IMG/VR virus record: IMGVR_UViG_3300038427_000078
From: a virus
Length of the DNA stretch: 64,000 bases
Strand: one strand, 5' to 3'
The position numbers were made by a program, and so were the translations under genes. Below, piece by piece: positions 9,384 through 19,741 of the stretch. How positions within the stretch are numbered: position 1 is the stretch's first letter; each line of letters opens with the position of its first letter. Under the pieces are notes generated by a model that was given only the letters and a program-made list of their open reading frames with translations, was not told the DNA's origin and ran no database searches.

Positions 9384-12292
9384 GCGCGCCTACAATCTCA
9401 CAGAACTACAGCGGGGTCATCCTCGATCTGAACAAGTCTCCGCGCTTAGGGATAAGCATTGAACCTGGACAGACCTACTACCAGACGTTCCTCCTACCGG
9501 AAGAACTACAGCGAGGAGTGTTCCCCAAGGAACAGCGCCTCCCGGCTCTGTCGGGCTTTCAGATCCTCATCGGCGTCAAGCAAAACCTAAGCGAAATCTA
9601 CGAGGCAAGCGCCGTCGAAGTCAACTACGTGCTCGAACAGTACGAGTTCGGATCTGGCTGGTCGCCGGTCACCAAGGGCACCCTCAAAGGCGTACCGTAC
9701 GGCAACTCACGGGTCTGGATCGATGTGCTGTTTGACAACCCCATCGAACTTAGCGAGAGTCAGGTGCCTAGCGAAAACCGCAACGAGGCTCCGACCGAGT
9801 TCCGGCTCGCGCTTAGCTTCCCCGCTGCGGTCGAAGTTCTATCCTACGTGACACCGAATCCGTATTCGCACGGCGAAGGGTACCATTCAGTCCCCAAGAT
9901 CACGAAAGCCGCGAAGGAAGCGAAAGTAGCTACTCAGAAATCGGGCCGCGAAGTACGCGAAACCGAAGAACTACACGAACGCGAAGCGTGGACAAAAGAA
10001 GAAGGCGAAAGCCTGATCACCAAACAAGAACGCGAAGCCAAAGAACGGGTCCAGAAGGAACTACGCAGGGTGGACGAGACTCACGAAGCCGAAGCGCGAG
10101 AAGAATGGCAGGAAGAAGTCGAAGGCATCATGCGGATCCACGGGTCGTTCAACTTCCGTCTGCTAGCATTGGTGGCGGACAGTGGCACCGACTTCCTCGG
10201 GGATCCCTATCGATCTGTCGCCATCGTGTCCGAAGCGCAGTCCGGAGGAGCTAACCCGAACACCGGCTACTGGCTGTCGTCACCGCAGCCGACACAGTTC
10301 GCTGTCGTCAGCCACTACTCAGATGTACGCCCGCTTCCAACCACGCCGACGTACGGCATCACCAACCTCATCGAGAACCCCAGCTTCGAGTACGACCTCG
10401 TAGGAGGTCTGCCTGCTCTATGGGTGGGAGCAGAAGGTCGAGAACTTCCAGAAGAGGAGGCTCTGCCTGCCGAAGAAATCGCAGCGGGTGAATGGCGTCA
10501 GCCGTTGCACGCGGTCCTCTTCTTCTCTGACTCCTCTGCTACCTTGAGAGTGAACCGCTTCCGGGGTGAATGGGAGGAACTGGAAGTCTACTCCAAGGGC
10601 GAAGGCATCAGCATCATCGAAACCCTTGAAGCGAAAATCCAGAAACAGAAAGAAGCTCGCGAAAAACGCGAAAAAGAGGAACGCGAAGCGCGTGAAAAAT
10701 GGGTGAAAGAAGAAGAAGCAACCGAAATCACCAAAAAAGAACGCGAAGAAAAAGAAACGAAACAGAAAGAAGAACGCGAACACGACGAGAAAGTCGAAGC
10801 CGAAGAACTCGAAGCCTTCGAACGGGAAGGTACCATTACCCGTACGTTTATCTCGAAGATCAACGAAAACCGTGCGCAGAACCCTCTCGGGTTTGAAGGT
10901 GAAACGTTTTGGGAAGAACGCGAAGGTCAGTTCTCCGCTATCAAGGGATTCCAGTACCTTGAAGTTGTCTCCAAAGGCGGCGGGGGTGTCGAACTCGATG
11001 AAGCAAGCGAAGTCCCGGTCAAGATCGGCGTGCCCATCACCTTGTCCTTCTGGATCCGCACGCAGAGCACGTCGTTGCCTATCGAAGTCCTCTTCGGTAA
11101 CGACATCGTGGGCGAAGTCACCGAAGAACTTGAGGCTACGGACGAATGGGTTCGTCACGAAGTCACTCTCCCCCCAACCGAAACGGGCACAGCCAACGTT
11201 GTGATCAGAGTACCATGGCTTCACGGCACCCAAGTCTTCTTCCTCGATGGGGTCATGGTGAACAACGGCAACAGCGCAGCTAAGTACATCGACGGCGACG
11301 TGATCAGTTGCCTCTGGAACGGCATCAAGGGTCGCTCATCGTCTGTTGAACTACAGGAACTCGAATCGGAAGAAAACTCCGTCGTGATCGACTCGATGCT
11401 CATCGACCCGATGACCTCGGGCGTTGGGATGAACGTCTACTACACCAACGACCTCACCGGCAGCGAGGGAGAAGGCGAACCGTCCATCGAAGATTGGGAA
11501 CAGAAGCTCTGGACGCGCGTGCCGCAGACCTACACCACATCAGGCAAGACCACCATCGTCCTCCCCGCTCCCATCGTGGCGAAGTTCGTCAAGCTAGAGT
11601 TCACCAACCTACAACCGAAACCGTACACGCCGGGTGACTACCAGCGTCCCACGCAGTACAAGCTCTTCCCGAATTGGGTGAGCGAAGTGTTCCTCAAGCT
11701 GCTCTCTAGCCCGAACTTCGTCGTCGGCAACGTGGGCGTGGTCTTCGACAAGCTCGAACTGATGTACCAATACTACAAGAAGGACTTGGAACAGCAGCCA
11801 AACAGCCCGATGATCAAGGCTGCCGAATCTGGCGAAGCTCAGGATCTTGCTGATCCGCAGACCCTCTCGCTCATCAATCAGGTCATCAACACCTACACCC
11901 AGCCACCGGCTGCGCAGGCTCCGCAGACCCTCATGGGCGAGGCGCAGAAGTCAGCGTCCCTCAAAGAAACCAACTACCCGGTCGAGCCGAACGCCGCCTT
12001 CAATGGCCCAGCGAACTTCCCGGTGTCTTCGCTCGACCGCACCAACATCGTCATCGACCAGGGCACGCCAGTCATGTTCTTCTACGTCACCTGCCGCCAC
12101 GCTTACAAGGAACAGACCGGCCTCTTCGCGGAAAACAAAGCGTACTACGCGGGCATCAAGCAACTAGCCTTCCTCCGCGAAAGCTACACCACCGTCGCGG
12201 ACGGCAACCTTTACATCGAGACAGGTGCCGATGACGTAAATACTGACAGGAACGATTTCGTCGTGGAAGACGGGATCTGGTACACAGACTGA
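9380..12292 (+). CDS. Minor tail protein with carbohydrate-binding-like domain and E/K-rich inserts
   Basis: 'NLIENPSFEYD' CBM4/9-like start; coupled ORFs. Confidence 0.65.
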   Translation: MSAPTISQNYSGVILDLNKSPRLGISIEPGQTYYQTFLLPEELQRGVFPKEQRLPALSGFQILIGVKQNLSEIYEASAVEVNYVLEQYEFGSGWSPVTKGTLKGVPYGNSRVWIDVLFDNPIELSESQVPSENRNEAPTEFRLALSFPAAVEVLSYVTPNPYSHGEGYHSVPKITKAAKEAKVATQKSGREVRETEELHEREAWTKEEGESLITKQEREAKERVQKELRRVDETHEAEAREEWQEEVEGIMRIHGSFNFRLLALVADSGTDFLGDPYRSVAIVSEAQSGGANPNTGYWLSSPQPTQFAVVSHYSDVRPLPTTPTYGITNLIENPSFEYDLVGGLPALWVGAEGRELPEEEALPAEEIAAGEWRQPLHAVLFFSDSSATLRVNRFRGEWEELEVYSKGEGISIIETLEAKIQKQKEAREKREKEEREAREKWVKEEEATEITKKEREEKETKQKEEREHDEKVEAEELEAFEREGTITRTFISKINENRAQNPLGFEGETFWEEREGQFSAIKGFQYLEVVSKGGGGVELDEASEVPVKIGVPITLSFWIRTQSTSLPIEVLFGNDIVGEVTEELEATDEWVRHEVTLPPTETGTANVVIRVPWLHGTQVFFLDGVMVNNGNSAAKYIDGDVISCLWNGIKGRSSSVELQELESEENSVVIDSMLIDPMTSGVGMNVYYTNDLTGSEGEGEPSIEDWEQKLWTRVPQTYTTSGKTTIVLPAPIVAKFVKLEFTNLQPKPYTPGDYQRPTQYKLFPNWVSEVFLKLLSSPNFVVGNVGVVFDKLELMYQYYKKDLEQQPNSPMIKAAESGEAQDLADPQTLSLINQVINTYTQPPAAQAPQTLMGEAQKSASLKETNYPVEPNAAFNGPANFPVSSLDRTNIVIDQGTPVMFFYVTCRHAYKEQTGLFAENKAYYAGIKQLAFLRESYTTVADGNLYIETGADDVNTDRNDFVVEDGIWYTD

Positions 12293-15200
12293 TGCCGGTA
12301 CAGCCGAACATACCCCTTGGAGATGAGTTCACCAACCTAGTGTGGACCAACTACACGTCGTTCGATGAAACGACGCGGGACCGTCTGCCTACTCAGAAGC
12401 ACTTGGACATCCGCCCGTTCACGGAAACCCCGATCCTCGCCAGCGGCGGAGACTTCCTTGCTCCGGAAGATTGGGAGCTACCTCCGAATAGCTCGACCGG
12501 ATCCGAAGCTGGCACCAAAGGCTTCCCCGTACTCAACCTCCGCACTATCGAAAACGGTACCGTCGAAGCCACATCCATTGTCAAGAGCCACCCGCTAGAC
12601 TTCACTCAGTTCGCCCCCACCGATCTGATCGTCTTCACGCTACCGTTCTATTCAGAAGCCGTGGTCGAGGCTACCTCAAGCTACATCGAATTCATCGACG
12701 CGCAGGGTCGCTCCGTCGCCATCAAATTCAGCGCAAGCGAAGTCGCACTCACTGGCGAAAATCCGTACTTCCAGGTCAAGCTCGAACGCCTTGAAGAAGC
12801 CGAACTCAGCCTCAATGAAATCGTCGGGGTACGGTTCAAGGTCGCGGCCACGGAAAGCATTATCGTCTACATCATGGGCCTTCGGCTCATCAAGGCTACG
12901 CTCTCCGAAGCACAGCCAGGTTGGGTCCAGGCACCGGCTGACTTCGACAACTGGAATGGTCGCTACCACAAGACAGTGCCGCTTGGCAGCCTCGAACGTG
13001 CTCCGGACTACCAGCAGAGCATCATCTGGAAGTCCGCTCCTCTTGCGGGACCGCTTGATCCTCGCGCCGTTGACACTGAGTTCGGCGTGGTGTTCAACGT
13101 TGGTGAACTCGCAAACTCGAACGAGTTCACTATGTACTTCCGCCAGGAATCCAAGATTTTCACGACCATGCTCGACCTCATCGGGGTCACCATGGCGGAA
13201 CTCGACGGTCGTCCGATGCCTGACCTTGGCACACGTCAGTTCAATCCACGCACCGTGGGCGAATTCGATGAGACAGAGATGGAAGAACTCGACCGCTTTG
13301 ACATGGAAGAACTTGAGCGTCAGGCAGTGCCTAACCCGGTGCTTGAGAGTTGGGTGTACTTCACCTTCGCGTGGGACAAAACGGAACCAAGCATCTCTAT
13401 GGGCAATAGCTCGGGCCTCTCGTACAACTTCCCCGACCTCGAAGGACTCGTCACCCTAGAACCGAAACACAACTACTTCGTTGTGTTCACTCTAGAAGGA
13501 TCCACTGCCCGCGCTCGCCTGTACGATCTAGAGCAAGTGCTTGAAGACGGCGGACTCGAAGAACTTGGGGCGGGTATCTACGAGCCGACCGGAGACTACT
13601 TCTCTGTCAAACAGACTCCTCTCTTTGACACGACCATCGTGGACGACGATAACGTGTTCCGTCGCCGTAAGGGACGCATTGGATGGAGCACGAACTTCCA
13701 AGATGGCGACGTGTTCCTCCGCTCGATCCGCCCACGCGGTGTGACCTTCGCGGAATATGAATCGGCTCCGCTCGAAAGCCACACACCTGTCGCTGGGGCC
13801 AGCCTGTTCGCCAGCGTACTACCGGAAGACACTTCTCTGTGGGGAGGAGGGCTTGCCCTCTACCCGGAAGGCACCACTCACTCCTTCCTAGAGCTTGACA
13901 AATCTCGCACGACTGTCAAGAACGGATTCAGCTACCGTGTCACCAACAAGGGTGTCGCCAAGCAGGGTGAATACCAGGGCTTGACCACCGAATTTATGAA
14001 CTTCACTGACTTCGAACAGATGCAGATCGAGTTCAATCTGTGGTACGCTGGCCCTGCTCGCGAACGCGAAAAGATCGAAAAGCTCTACCGTGGGTTCTAC
14101 CCTGGCAACAGGTCATTCCCTGGCCCGGAGCGTTACCCTGGTGCCAAAGTCATCGTCACCACCGAACCGACTGTCGCTAGCATCATCGCGGAGTTGGTCA
14201 GCACGGACGGTACTGTCATCCCTCTCGTCATGCCAGAACTCGAAACGAACCAGTGGCAGCATATCACACTGCGCGTTCCACTGTCGGAAGTCATCCAGAC
14301 AGGCTACTACCAGCTACGGATCCTACAGCAGACACGCCTCGCTACGAACTGGTGGCTCGATAGCCTCAAGGTCTTGCAGCGGGCCGTCGCATGGAGCGCT
14401 CGCTCAGTCACCCAGGATCCGTGGGGAGGTACCTACGCTCCGTGGACTGACTTCATGGACGTGGTGAATGACCGGGAACACAATAGCGGCATCTCGCTTG
14501 AGCCTCGCGGCAAGGAGCTACAGCTACGTGGACGTGCCCGCAGGCAAGACGTGACTATCCAGAAGCCACAGATCATACCTCGCTACGCAGAGCTAGGTCG
14601 TCTGGTGTGGCCGGAGGAAGCGTACCCTACCCTGCCTCAGCAGCTTGAAAACCTCATCCTCAACCCCAGCTTCGAGTATGACACACTCGCAACCTCTACG
14701 CCTAAAAGCTGGGCGTTCCCTACTCCTGGTATGACGCTCCATGTGTCAAACGAATGGGCCGCTGTCGGCACCAAGTCCTTCAAGGTCAAAACACCGAACA
14801 ACGCCACAGAATATGGTATGTTCATGGAACACTTCGCGACCGGCACGCCTGTCGAAGCTGGCTCCGTCTACAACTTCCAAGCAACGTTCAACGTTCTAGA
14901 ACTCACGAACGAACGCCACATCTTCGCCATCATCAAATTCTACAACGCCAAAGAAGAACACGTTGGCACGGAACACTTCACCAAACACATCACGACTACC
15001 GGAGTTCACACTATCAAGGCAAGCGTGACCGCCCCGGAAGAGGCCGTGACTGCCGAAGTCACACCGTTCTACATCCAGGGCGACGGCGTGGCCGAGTTCT
15101 ACATCGACAAGATTTACTTCGGAGAGGGTCCAGCCTACTTCGACGGAGACACCGCAGGCTACCATTGGACGGGTACGCACGGAGACAGCCGATCAATCAC

Positions 15201-15465
15201 GACGCCTCGTCCGGGCACGCCACCCAAGGCGAAGTTCAAGGTGGAAAACAAAGGCGAAGTGATCAAGTTCACAGACGAGTCCATCAATGGCGTTGGCGCT
15301 ATCGTCAATCGGGAATGGACGTTCGGTGACGGCGACCGCATCATCACCAACGATGAAGTAGTGGAACATACCTACACCAAGGCAGGCGTTTACAGCGTCA
15401 CCTTGCAGGTAGTAGACCGCCACGGCAGGCTCAACTCCAAGGTGGAGGAAGTGGAAGCGACATGA
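12292..15465 (+). CDS. Large tail protein with CBM-like and C-terminal PKD domain
   Basis: 'NLILNPSFEYD'; PKD 'WTFGDG...HTYTKAGVYSVTLQVVD'. Confidence 0.7.
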   Translation: MPVQPNIPLGDEFTNLVWTNYTSFDETTRDRLPTQKHLDIRPFTETPILASGGDFLAPEDWELPPNSSTGSEAGTKGFPVLNLRTIENGTVEATSIVKSHPLDFTQFAPTDLIVFTLPFYSEAVVEATSSYIEFIDAQGRSVAIKFSASEVALTGENPYFQVKLERLEEAELSLNEIVGVRFKVAATESIIVYIMGLRLIKATLSEAQPGWVQAPADFDNWNGRYHKTVPLGSLERAPDYQQSIIWKSAPLAGPLDPRAVDTEFGVVFNVGELANSNEFTMYFRQESKIFTTMLDLIGVTMAELDGRPMPDLGTRQFNPRTVGEFDETEMEELDRFDMEELERQAVPNPVLESWVYFTFAWDKTEPSISMGNSSGLSYNFPDLEGLVTLEPKHNYFVVFTLEGSTARARLYDLEQVLEDGGLEELGAGIYEPTGDYFSVKQTPLFDTTIVDDDNVFRRRKGRIGWSTNFQDGDVFLRSIRPRGVTFAEYESAPLESHTPVAGASLFASVLPEDTSLWGGGLALYPEGTTHSFLELDKSRTTVKNGFSYRVTNKGVAKQGEYQGLTTEFMNFTDFEQMQIEFNLWYAGPAREREKIEKLYRGFYPGNRSFPGPERYPGAKVIVTTEPTVASIIAELVSTDGTVIPLVMPELETNQWQHITLRVPLSEVIQTGYYQLRILQQTRLATNWWLDSLKVLQRAVAWSARSVTQDPWGGTYAPWTDFMDVVNDREHNSGISLEPRGKELQLRGRARRQDVTIQKPQIIPRYAELGRLVWPEEAYPTLPQQLENLILNPSFEYDTLATSTPKSWAFPTPGMTLHVSNEWAAVGTKSFKVKTPNNATEYGMFMEHFATGTPVEAGSVYNFQATFNVLELTNERHIFAIIKFYNAKEEHVGTEHFTKHITTTGVHTIKASVTAPEEAVTAEVTPFYIQGDGVAEFYIDKIYFGEGPAYFDGDTAGYHWTGTHGDSRSITTPRPGTPPKAKFKVENKGEVIKFTDESINGVGAIVNREWTFGDGDRIITNDEVVEHTYTKAGVYSVTLQVVDRHGRLNSKVEEVEAT

Positions 15466-15953
15466 CCGAAGGCCCATACGGAATCAAACTCAACCCTCCG
15501 ACCGTCAACGACTTCTCTCCTCCGGAACTTGCGGTCGAGGTCAACTTCTGGTGGGACGAAAACGGTCCTGTCGAATCGTACACCTTCGACGGCGACAGCT
15601 ACCCGTACATATCTCCGGAACCTGCGTCGAGGTACATCATGCACACGACGTACATTCAGGAACCCGTCCACTTCTACGCCATCCTGGATCCGAAACAGGC
15701 AGAAGAAGAACTCAAACACCCTCGGGTAGTTACACCTGCCGGGGTGGGCATCGTCCAGTACCTATGGGACTTCGGTGATGGTACCACGGGTGACGGTCCC
15801 TTCGCCACTCACGAATACAAGGTGCTTGAGCCAGGGATCGAGGTCAAACTCACCGTGGTTGACACGCGCGGACTAACATGGTCGGCAGCCAAGCCCATGA
15901 ACCTAGCGGCCCACGCCTACGGGTACATCAGTCGGCGTATCGTTCCCCTGTGA
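15462..15953 (+). CDS. PKD-domain protein
   Basis: 'YLWDFGDGTTG....THEY...VKLTVVD'. Confidence 0.8.
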   Translation: MTEGPYGIKLNPPTVNDFSPPELAVEVNFWWDENGPVESYTFDGDSYPYISPEPASRYIMHTTYIQEPVHFYAILDPKQAEEELKHPRVVTPAGVGIVQYLWDFGDGTTGDGPFATHEYKVLEPGIEVKLTVVDTRGLTWSAAKPMNLAAHAYGYISRRIVPL

Positions 15954-16048
15954 GGATGAACATCAGAAATGACGCGGACGAACACCTTTGGTGAGCTTCC
16001 GTCTATCGGTGAACAAGCGAAGAAGCTTACAGCACAGCGCGACGTTTG

Positions 16049-16510
16049 TCAAGCGTATAGCTCAAGCACGTAGTGGGCGAACTCCACCAGATCCGCGACC
16101 CGTGCGCCGGTAGGATGGATCGCAGCCCATAACTCAAGGTTCTCGGGGCGGTTGTCATCGCGGATGAGGTTCTTGTGATGGACTGTCTCATGCGGCAGAA
16201 GCTCGCGCCCTAGCCGTTCCTCCATGATGCGACGATGAGCGAGGAATCGTTCTCCGTCAACTTCGTGGACGATGTATCCGTCCGATGTGATCGATCCTTC
16301 GCCCTTCAAACGACGCATCTGTATCGGTTTGCCCGCCAAGGGATCACCGAACTTGAGTTGTCGTTGATAGTGGGCATTACAGAGTTCATCCCGCAAAGCC
16401 CATTTGTCGCACCCCTCAACACGACAAGGTAGGTTCTTGTCCTTCTGGCGATAGTAGTAGGCTAGGGACTTCGCCGCGTCCCGTTCTTTCTGTGCCTGGG
16501 TTCTCATCAC
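16049..16510 (-). CDS. HNH homing endonuclease
   Basis: 'AHRRIMEERLGR...ETVHHKNLIRDDNRPENLELW'; N-terminal C-C-C-H finger. Confidence 0.9.
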   Translation of the reverse strand: MMRTQAQKERDAAKSLAYYYRQKDKNLPCRVEGCDKWALRDELCNAHYQRQLKFGDPLAGKPIQMRRLKGEGSITSDGYIVHEVDGERFLAHRRIMEERLGRELLPHETVHHKNLIRDDNRPENLELWAAIHPTGARVADLVEFAHYVLELYA

Positions 16511-16513
16511 CCA

Positions 16514-18472
16514 TTACGGGTGAGGACCAACCAATATATATAGTAGCTCCTCCCGGCTGAGTTTCGTACTCACCGAGTCATCGTGGGCCATGCCGTCGAA
16601 TATCTGAGTGTGGTAGCCCTCCTTGGTGCTGATGATGTCGCGCTTGCGCATCTCCACGGAGTCTGCCATCAGCAGATCGTACCACCAGTTCGTCGTCAGG
16701 CTAGAATCCACTCGGTTGTTGCGCCCTTGACGCTGGCGCTTACGGGTCCACGTCCAGGGAAGATTGTAGTTGACTCCAACGGCTGCCTCGGGTAGATCGA
16801 TAGAATCACTCCCCTTGTCCGAGGACAGGAATACTTGGATCGTAGGATCACTACGGAAGGCATCTTTAGCCCTCTGACGCGCCTGGTCTGTTCCACTGTA
16901 AGCCACATAGCTGACTCCCCATTCGTTGAGCTTCTGTTCCACGGGTGCGTACCCGTATCCGGCCCACGTCATGTAGACCAGTGCTTTCTCCCCCGGATGC
17001 TTCTCCGTAAGGATTTCCCTCAGTGTATCAAACTTCGTGTGGTGGTCATCCACTAGATCGTGCCCAACCTGGGCGAGCAGCATGGTAGCGATGTCAGATC
17101 CTTTGATCACGTTGGCCTTGAGCCACGCTTCGTCCTCCTCGATCAGTGCCTCCCACGCCTGTCGGTTCTTGGCCGACTCGTTGATCATCGACGGCGCATC
17201 GCAAAGCATCTGCAACACCTGGATCAGCGCGAGGATGTTCACTTCATCGTCTTCCTTCGCGAGCTTGGCGGCTTTCTTCACCAGGCCATCGTAGATGCTA
17301 CGGTCGCGCGAGTCCCAATCGATGATGAGCAGGTCTTCCATGACCTCCGGGAACATCTTGGCAATCTCAGGGTCTTTGCGGCTAGCCCGGTGAGTCATGT
17401 GCTCGATGGTGGCGTCGAGCTTGTCGAGGTTCATCCACTTCTCGGGCGAGCGGGAGATAGGGTTGCGGTAGGACACGTAGGCATCGTGGAAGTCTTTCGC
17501 TAGGCCGAGGACCGGAGGGTTCATCATGCGGATGCAGGAGAACAACCCGTCCGGACTGTTCTCGATGGGAGTGGCGCTAAGCTCCCACTGTCGCATCCAC
17601 TTGGCACGCGGCACGGCACCGTGTAGTCCCTCCTTGCGCGAGCGGAATTTGTCCCACACCATGTGCTGCACCGATTCGTAGAGCTTGGTGGTACGGTTGC
17701 TCAAGCGGGTCGGCATCTCGTCCCAAAAGAAGAGGCAGTCCCGGTCTTCGATGAGAGCCTTGAACATCGGTTCGTCCTGGCGGAAGCTCTCGTAGTTGGC
17801 GACGACCACCTGCGACTGACCGTCCTCTAGATTCTCAAGCACCTGTTCGTACACTCGATCCCGCTGGGAGGGTGGCCCCTGCACGACGTGTGATACAATC
17901 CCTCCTAGCTGCTCTAGCTTGCGCTGTGTGTCCACCTTGTTGTTCTTCTTGACTACGACAAGGCCCAGGTCATACGGGTGCCCGTGCCCTTCGTGCCACT
18001 TGAGAGCCGACGCGATGAACGCAGTCTTGCCGGTGCCCGTATCCCACACCACCAGGCCAGCCTTGAGAGCTTCGTTGCGGACCAGCTTGTTGAAGCCTTG
18101 CACCTGCCAGTGCAGCATGCCATTGACCGTGTTCTCAAGGGTCGAGTTCAACTCGAACGGCGGTGGGTCGGACAGGCTCTCAAACTCCGCCAGGATGTCC
18201 TCCGGTGGATCCGAGAACACGACATGGTAGGCCGCGTCTTCGGCATACGTCAGGAACTCATCCAGCTTGGCCGGTGATACCGTTCGGTAACGCCCTACGA
18301 TGTCCTCGAAGTCGAGGAACCAGTCAGGCCACAGTGACGTGACCTCCCAGCGGCCACGGAAGTCCTCGCTCGGAACGAGAAAGAGGTACTGAGCCTGGTC
18401 CTCTCGGGACTGCTCCTCTACCTCATCTAGTAGCTCGTCACTCAGTAGGCTGTATCTCATCAGGCTCCTCAA
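16514..18472 (-). CDS. SNF2-family helicase
   Basis: 'WDTGTGKT', 'WDE', 'LSATPIEN', 'QRQGRNNR'. Confidence 0.85.
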   Translation of the reverse strand: MRSLMRYSLLSDELLDEVEEQSREDQAQYLFLVPSEDFRGRWEVTSLWPDWFLDFEDIVGRYRTVSPAKLDEFLTYAEDAAYHVVFSDPPEDILAEFESLSDPPPFELNSTLENTVNGMLHWQVQGFNKLVRNEALKAGLVVWDTGTGKTAFIASALKWHEGHGHPYDLGLVVVKKNNKVDTQRKLEQLGGIVSHVVQGPPSQRDRVYEQVLENLEDGQSQVVVANYESFRQDEPMFKALIEDRDCLFFWDEMPTRLSNRTTKLYESVQHMVWDKFRSRKEGLHGAVPRAKWMRQWELSATPIENSPDGLFSCIRMMNPPVLGLAKDFHDAYVSYRNPISRSPEKWMNLDKLDATIEHMTHRASRKDPEIAKMFPEVMEDLLIIDWDSRDRSIYDGLVKKAAKLAKEDDEVNILALIQVLQMLCDAPSMINESAKNRQAWEALIEEDEAWLKANVIKGSDIATMLLAQVGHDLVDDHHTKFDTLREILTEKHPGEKALVYMTWAGYGYAPVEQKLNEWGVSYVAYSGTDQARQRAKDAFRSDPTIQVFLSSDKGSDSIDLPEAAVGVNYNLPWTWTRKRQRQGRNNRVDSSLTTNWWYDLLMADSVEMRKRDIISTKEGYHTQIFDGMAHDDSVSTKLSREELLYILVGPHP

Positions 18473-19226
18473 CGATCACGGCATCCACAACCTCGACGGG
18501 TAGCTGTAGCAGCGCCGCCTCGACCTCTGTCTCTACATCATCATAGCTGCGGAGTCGCTTGACCTCGGCAGAGATGAGGCGCTGTGTGTTCTCGTCACAG
18601 ACGTTGCGGATGGCTTGGAGGAAGAGTCCGAAGTCGCGCTCGTACTCGTCCGCCCTGCCGGTGGACGCCTTTACGTCCATGTCGTTGAGTAGCTTGATCA
18701 TCTGGATCACATCACGCATCTCAATCGCGATGGATCCTGCCTGTGCCAACTCGTACGCTTTACGTACCAGCACCTTGAGCATGCCACGGTCTGTTACTGC
18801 ACCGCGAGCACCGTCCTCTACGTTCTGCTGTAGGAGCGCGGCCTCCTCGTCCAGTGTCTTGCGGATCGTCTGTAGCTCAAGCGGCATGTGTTTCGCAAGG
18901 TGCTTGCCGATAGAGCGACGGTCTGGTTTCGGCACTCCCTCTATCTCGGGGATAGCGTCCGCGATCTTGGTGTGACCGTAGCCATTGACGAGACTCTGCT
19001 CAATGAACAGACGGTTCGGGTGTGTGCAGACGTGGCAGCGAGTCTCTATCACCTGTGACGGTGCGATGGCTGCCTTCTGTGCCTCGATGACTGCGTGGTC
19101 CTTCTGTGCGTTCGCTGTCTTGAACGCCTGACCGCTCTGTTTGTCAAGCACGCGACGACGCTTGGCACGCTCCTCTGCGTCGATGCCAAGTTCGTCAGCG
19201 GTCAGGCTGTCAAGGACTTCGCCCAC
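18438..19226 (-). CDS. Hypothetical protein (CxxC + helical)
   Basis: 262-aa ORF overlapping helicase start; 'RCHVCTHP'. Confidence 0.6.
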   Translation of the reverse strand: MGEVLDSLTADELGIDAEERAKRRRVLDKQSGQAFKTANAQKDHAVIEAQKAAIAPSQVIETRCHVCTHPNRLFIEQSLVNGYGHTKIADAIPEIEGVPKPDRRSIGKHLAKHMPLELQTIRKTLDEEAALLQQNVEDGARGAVTDRGMLKVLVRKAYELAQAGSIAIEMRDVIQMIKLLNDMDVKASTGRADEYERDFGLFLQAIRNVCDENTQRLISAEVKRLRSYDDVETEVEAALLQLPVEVVDAVIVEEPDEIQPTE

Positions 19227-19227
19227 G

Positions 19228-19731
19228 TTACCAGATCCATTGGCGGGCTATCTCACACAGGTTGTAGAACACAATGTCCTTGTCCTGCTCGCGCTGCTCT
19301 AGCTGCTCGAACTCCACCATGTCCGGATGAGTTTTCGCCTCATGGCTGCGCACGGGTCCGTACTCCCAACCGAGTCGGACGTAGGCGTCCCACCAGTCGT
19401 TGTGCAACTCCTTGGGAGAGGACAGGCGGTCGGGGCCACACTGTTTCTCGATGACTTCGCGGAACTGTGCCTTGAACGGCTCCTTCTCCACCAGGGTACG
19501 GTTGATGCCGAACTCGCGCTCGATGGCTAGCCAGTCCTCGCCCATTGGAGGCTCTGCTCCGGGTGGCATGAAGATCACGAACTGCTCGCCTCCGGGCGGC
19601 ATGACACACGGCCCTGAGATGTGCGCCATGATGACCTTTTCGGTGTGGTTTTCGTTGGTCGGCTCAAGGTCGGCACGGGTGATGCCCGCTGCCTTGAATA
19701 GATCGACCCACTGCTTCGTTATTAGCTTCAT
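19228..19731 (-). CDS. RyR (ryanodine receptor repeat) domain protein
   Basis: 'LHNDWWDAYVRLGWEYGPVRSHEAKTHPDMVEFEQLEQREQDKD'; start moved to ATG with GAGGAG RBS. Confidence 0.8.
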   Translation of the reverse strand: MKLITKQWVDLFKAAGITRADLEPTNENHTEKVIMAHISGPCVMPPGGEQFVIFMPPGAEPPMGEDWLAIEREFGINRTLVEKEPFKAQFREVIEKQCGPDRLSSPKELHNDWWDAYVRLGWEYGPVRSHEAKTHPDMVEFEQLEQREQDKDIVFYNLCEIARQWIW

Positions 19732-19741
19732 CGGTAGTAAC

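Noticed and set aside
9380-15465. Diversity-generating retroelement acting on tail genes
   Set aside because: No reverse transcriptase and no TR/VR pair differing at adenines seen in this window.
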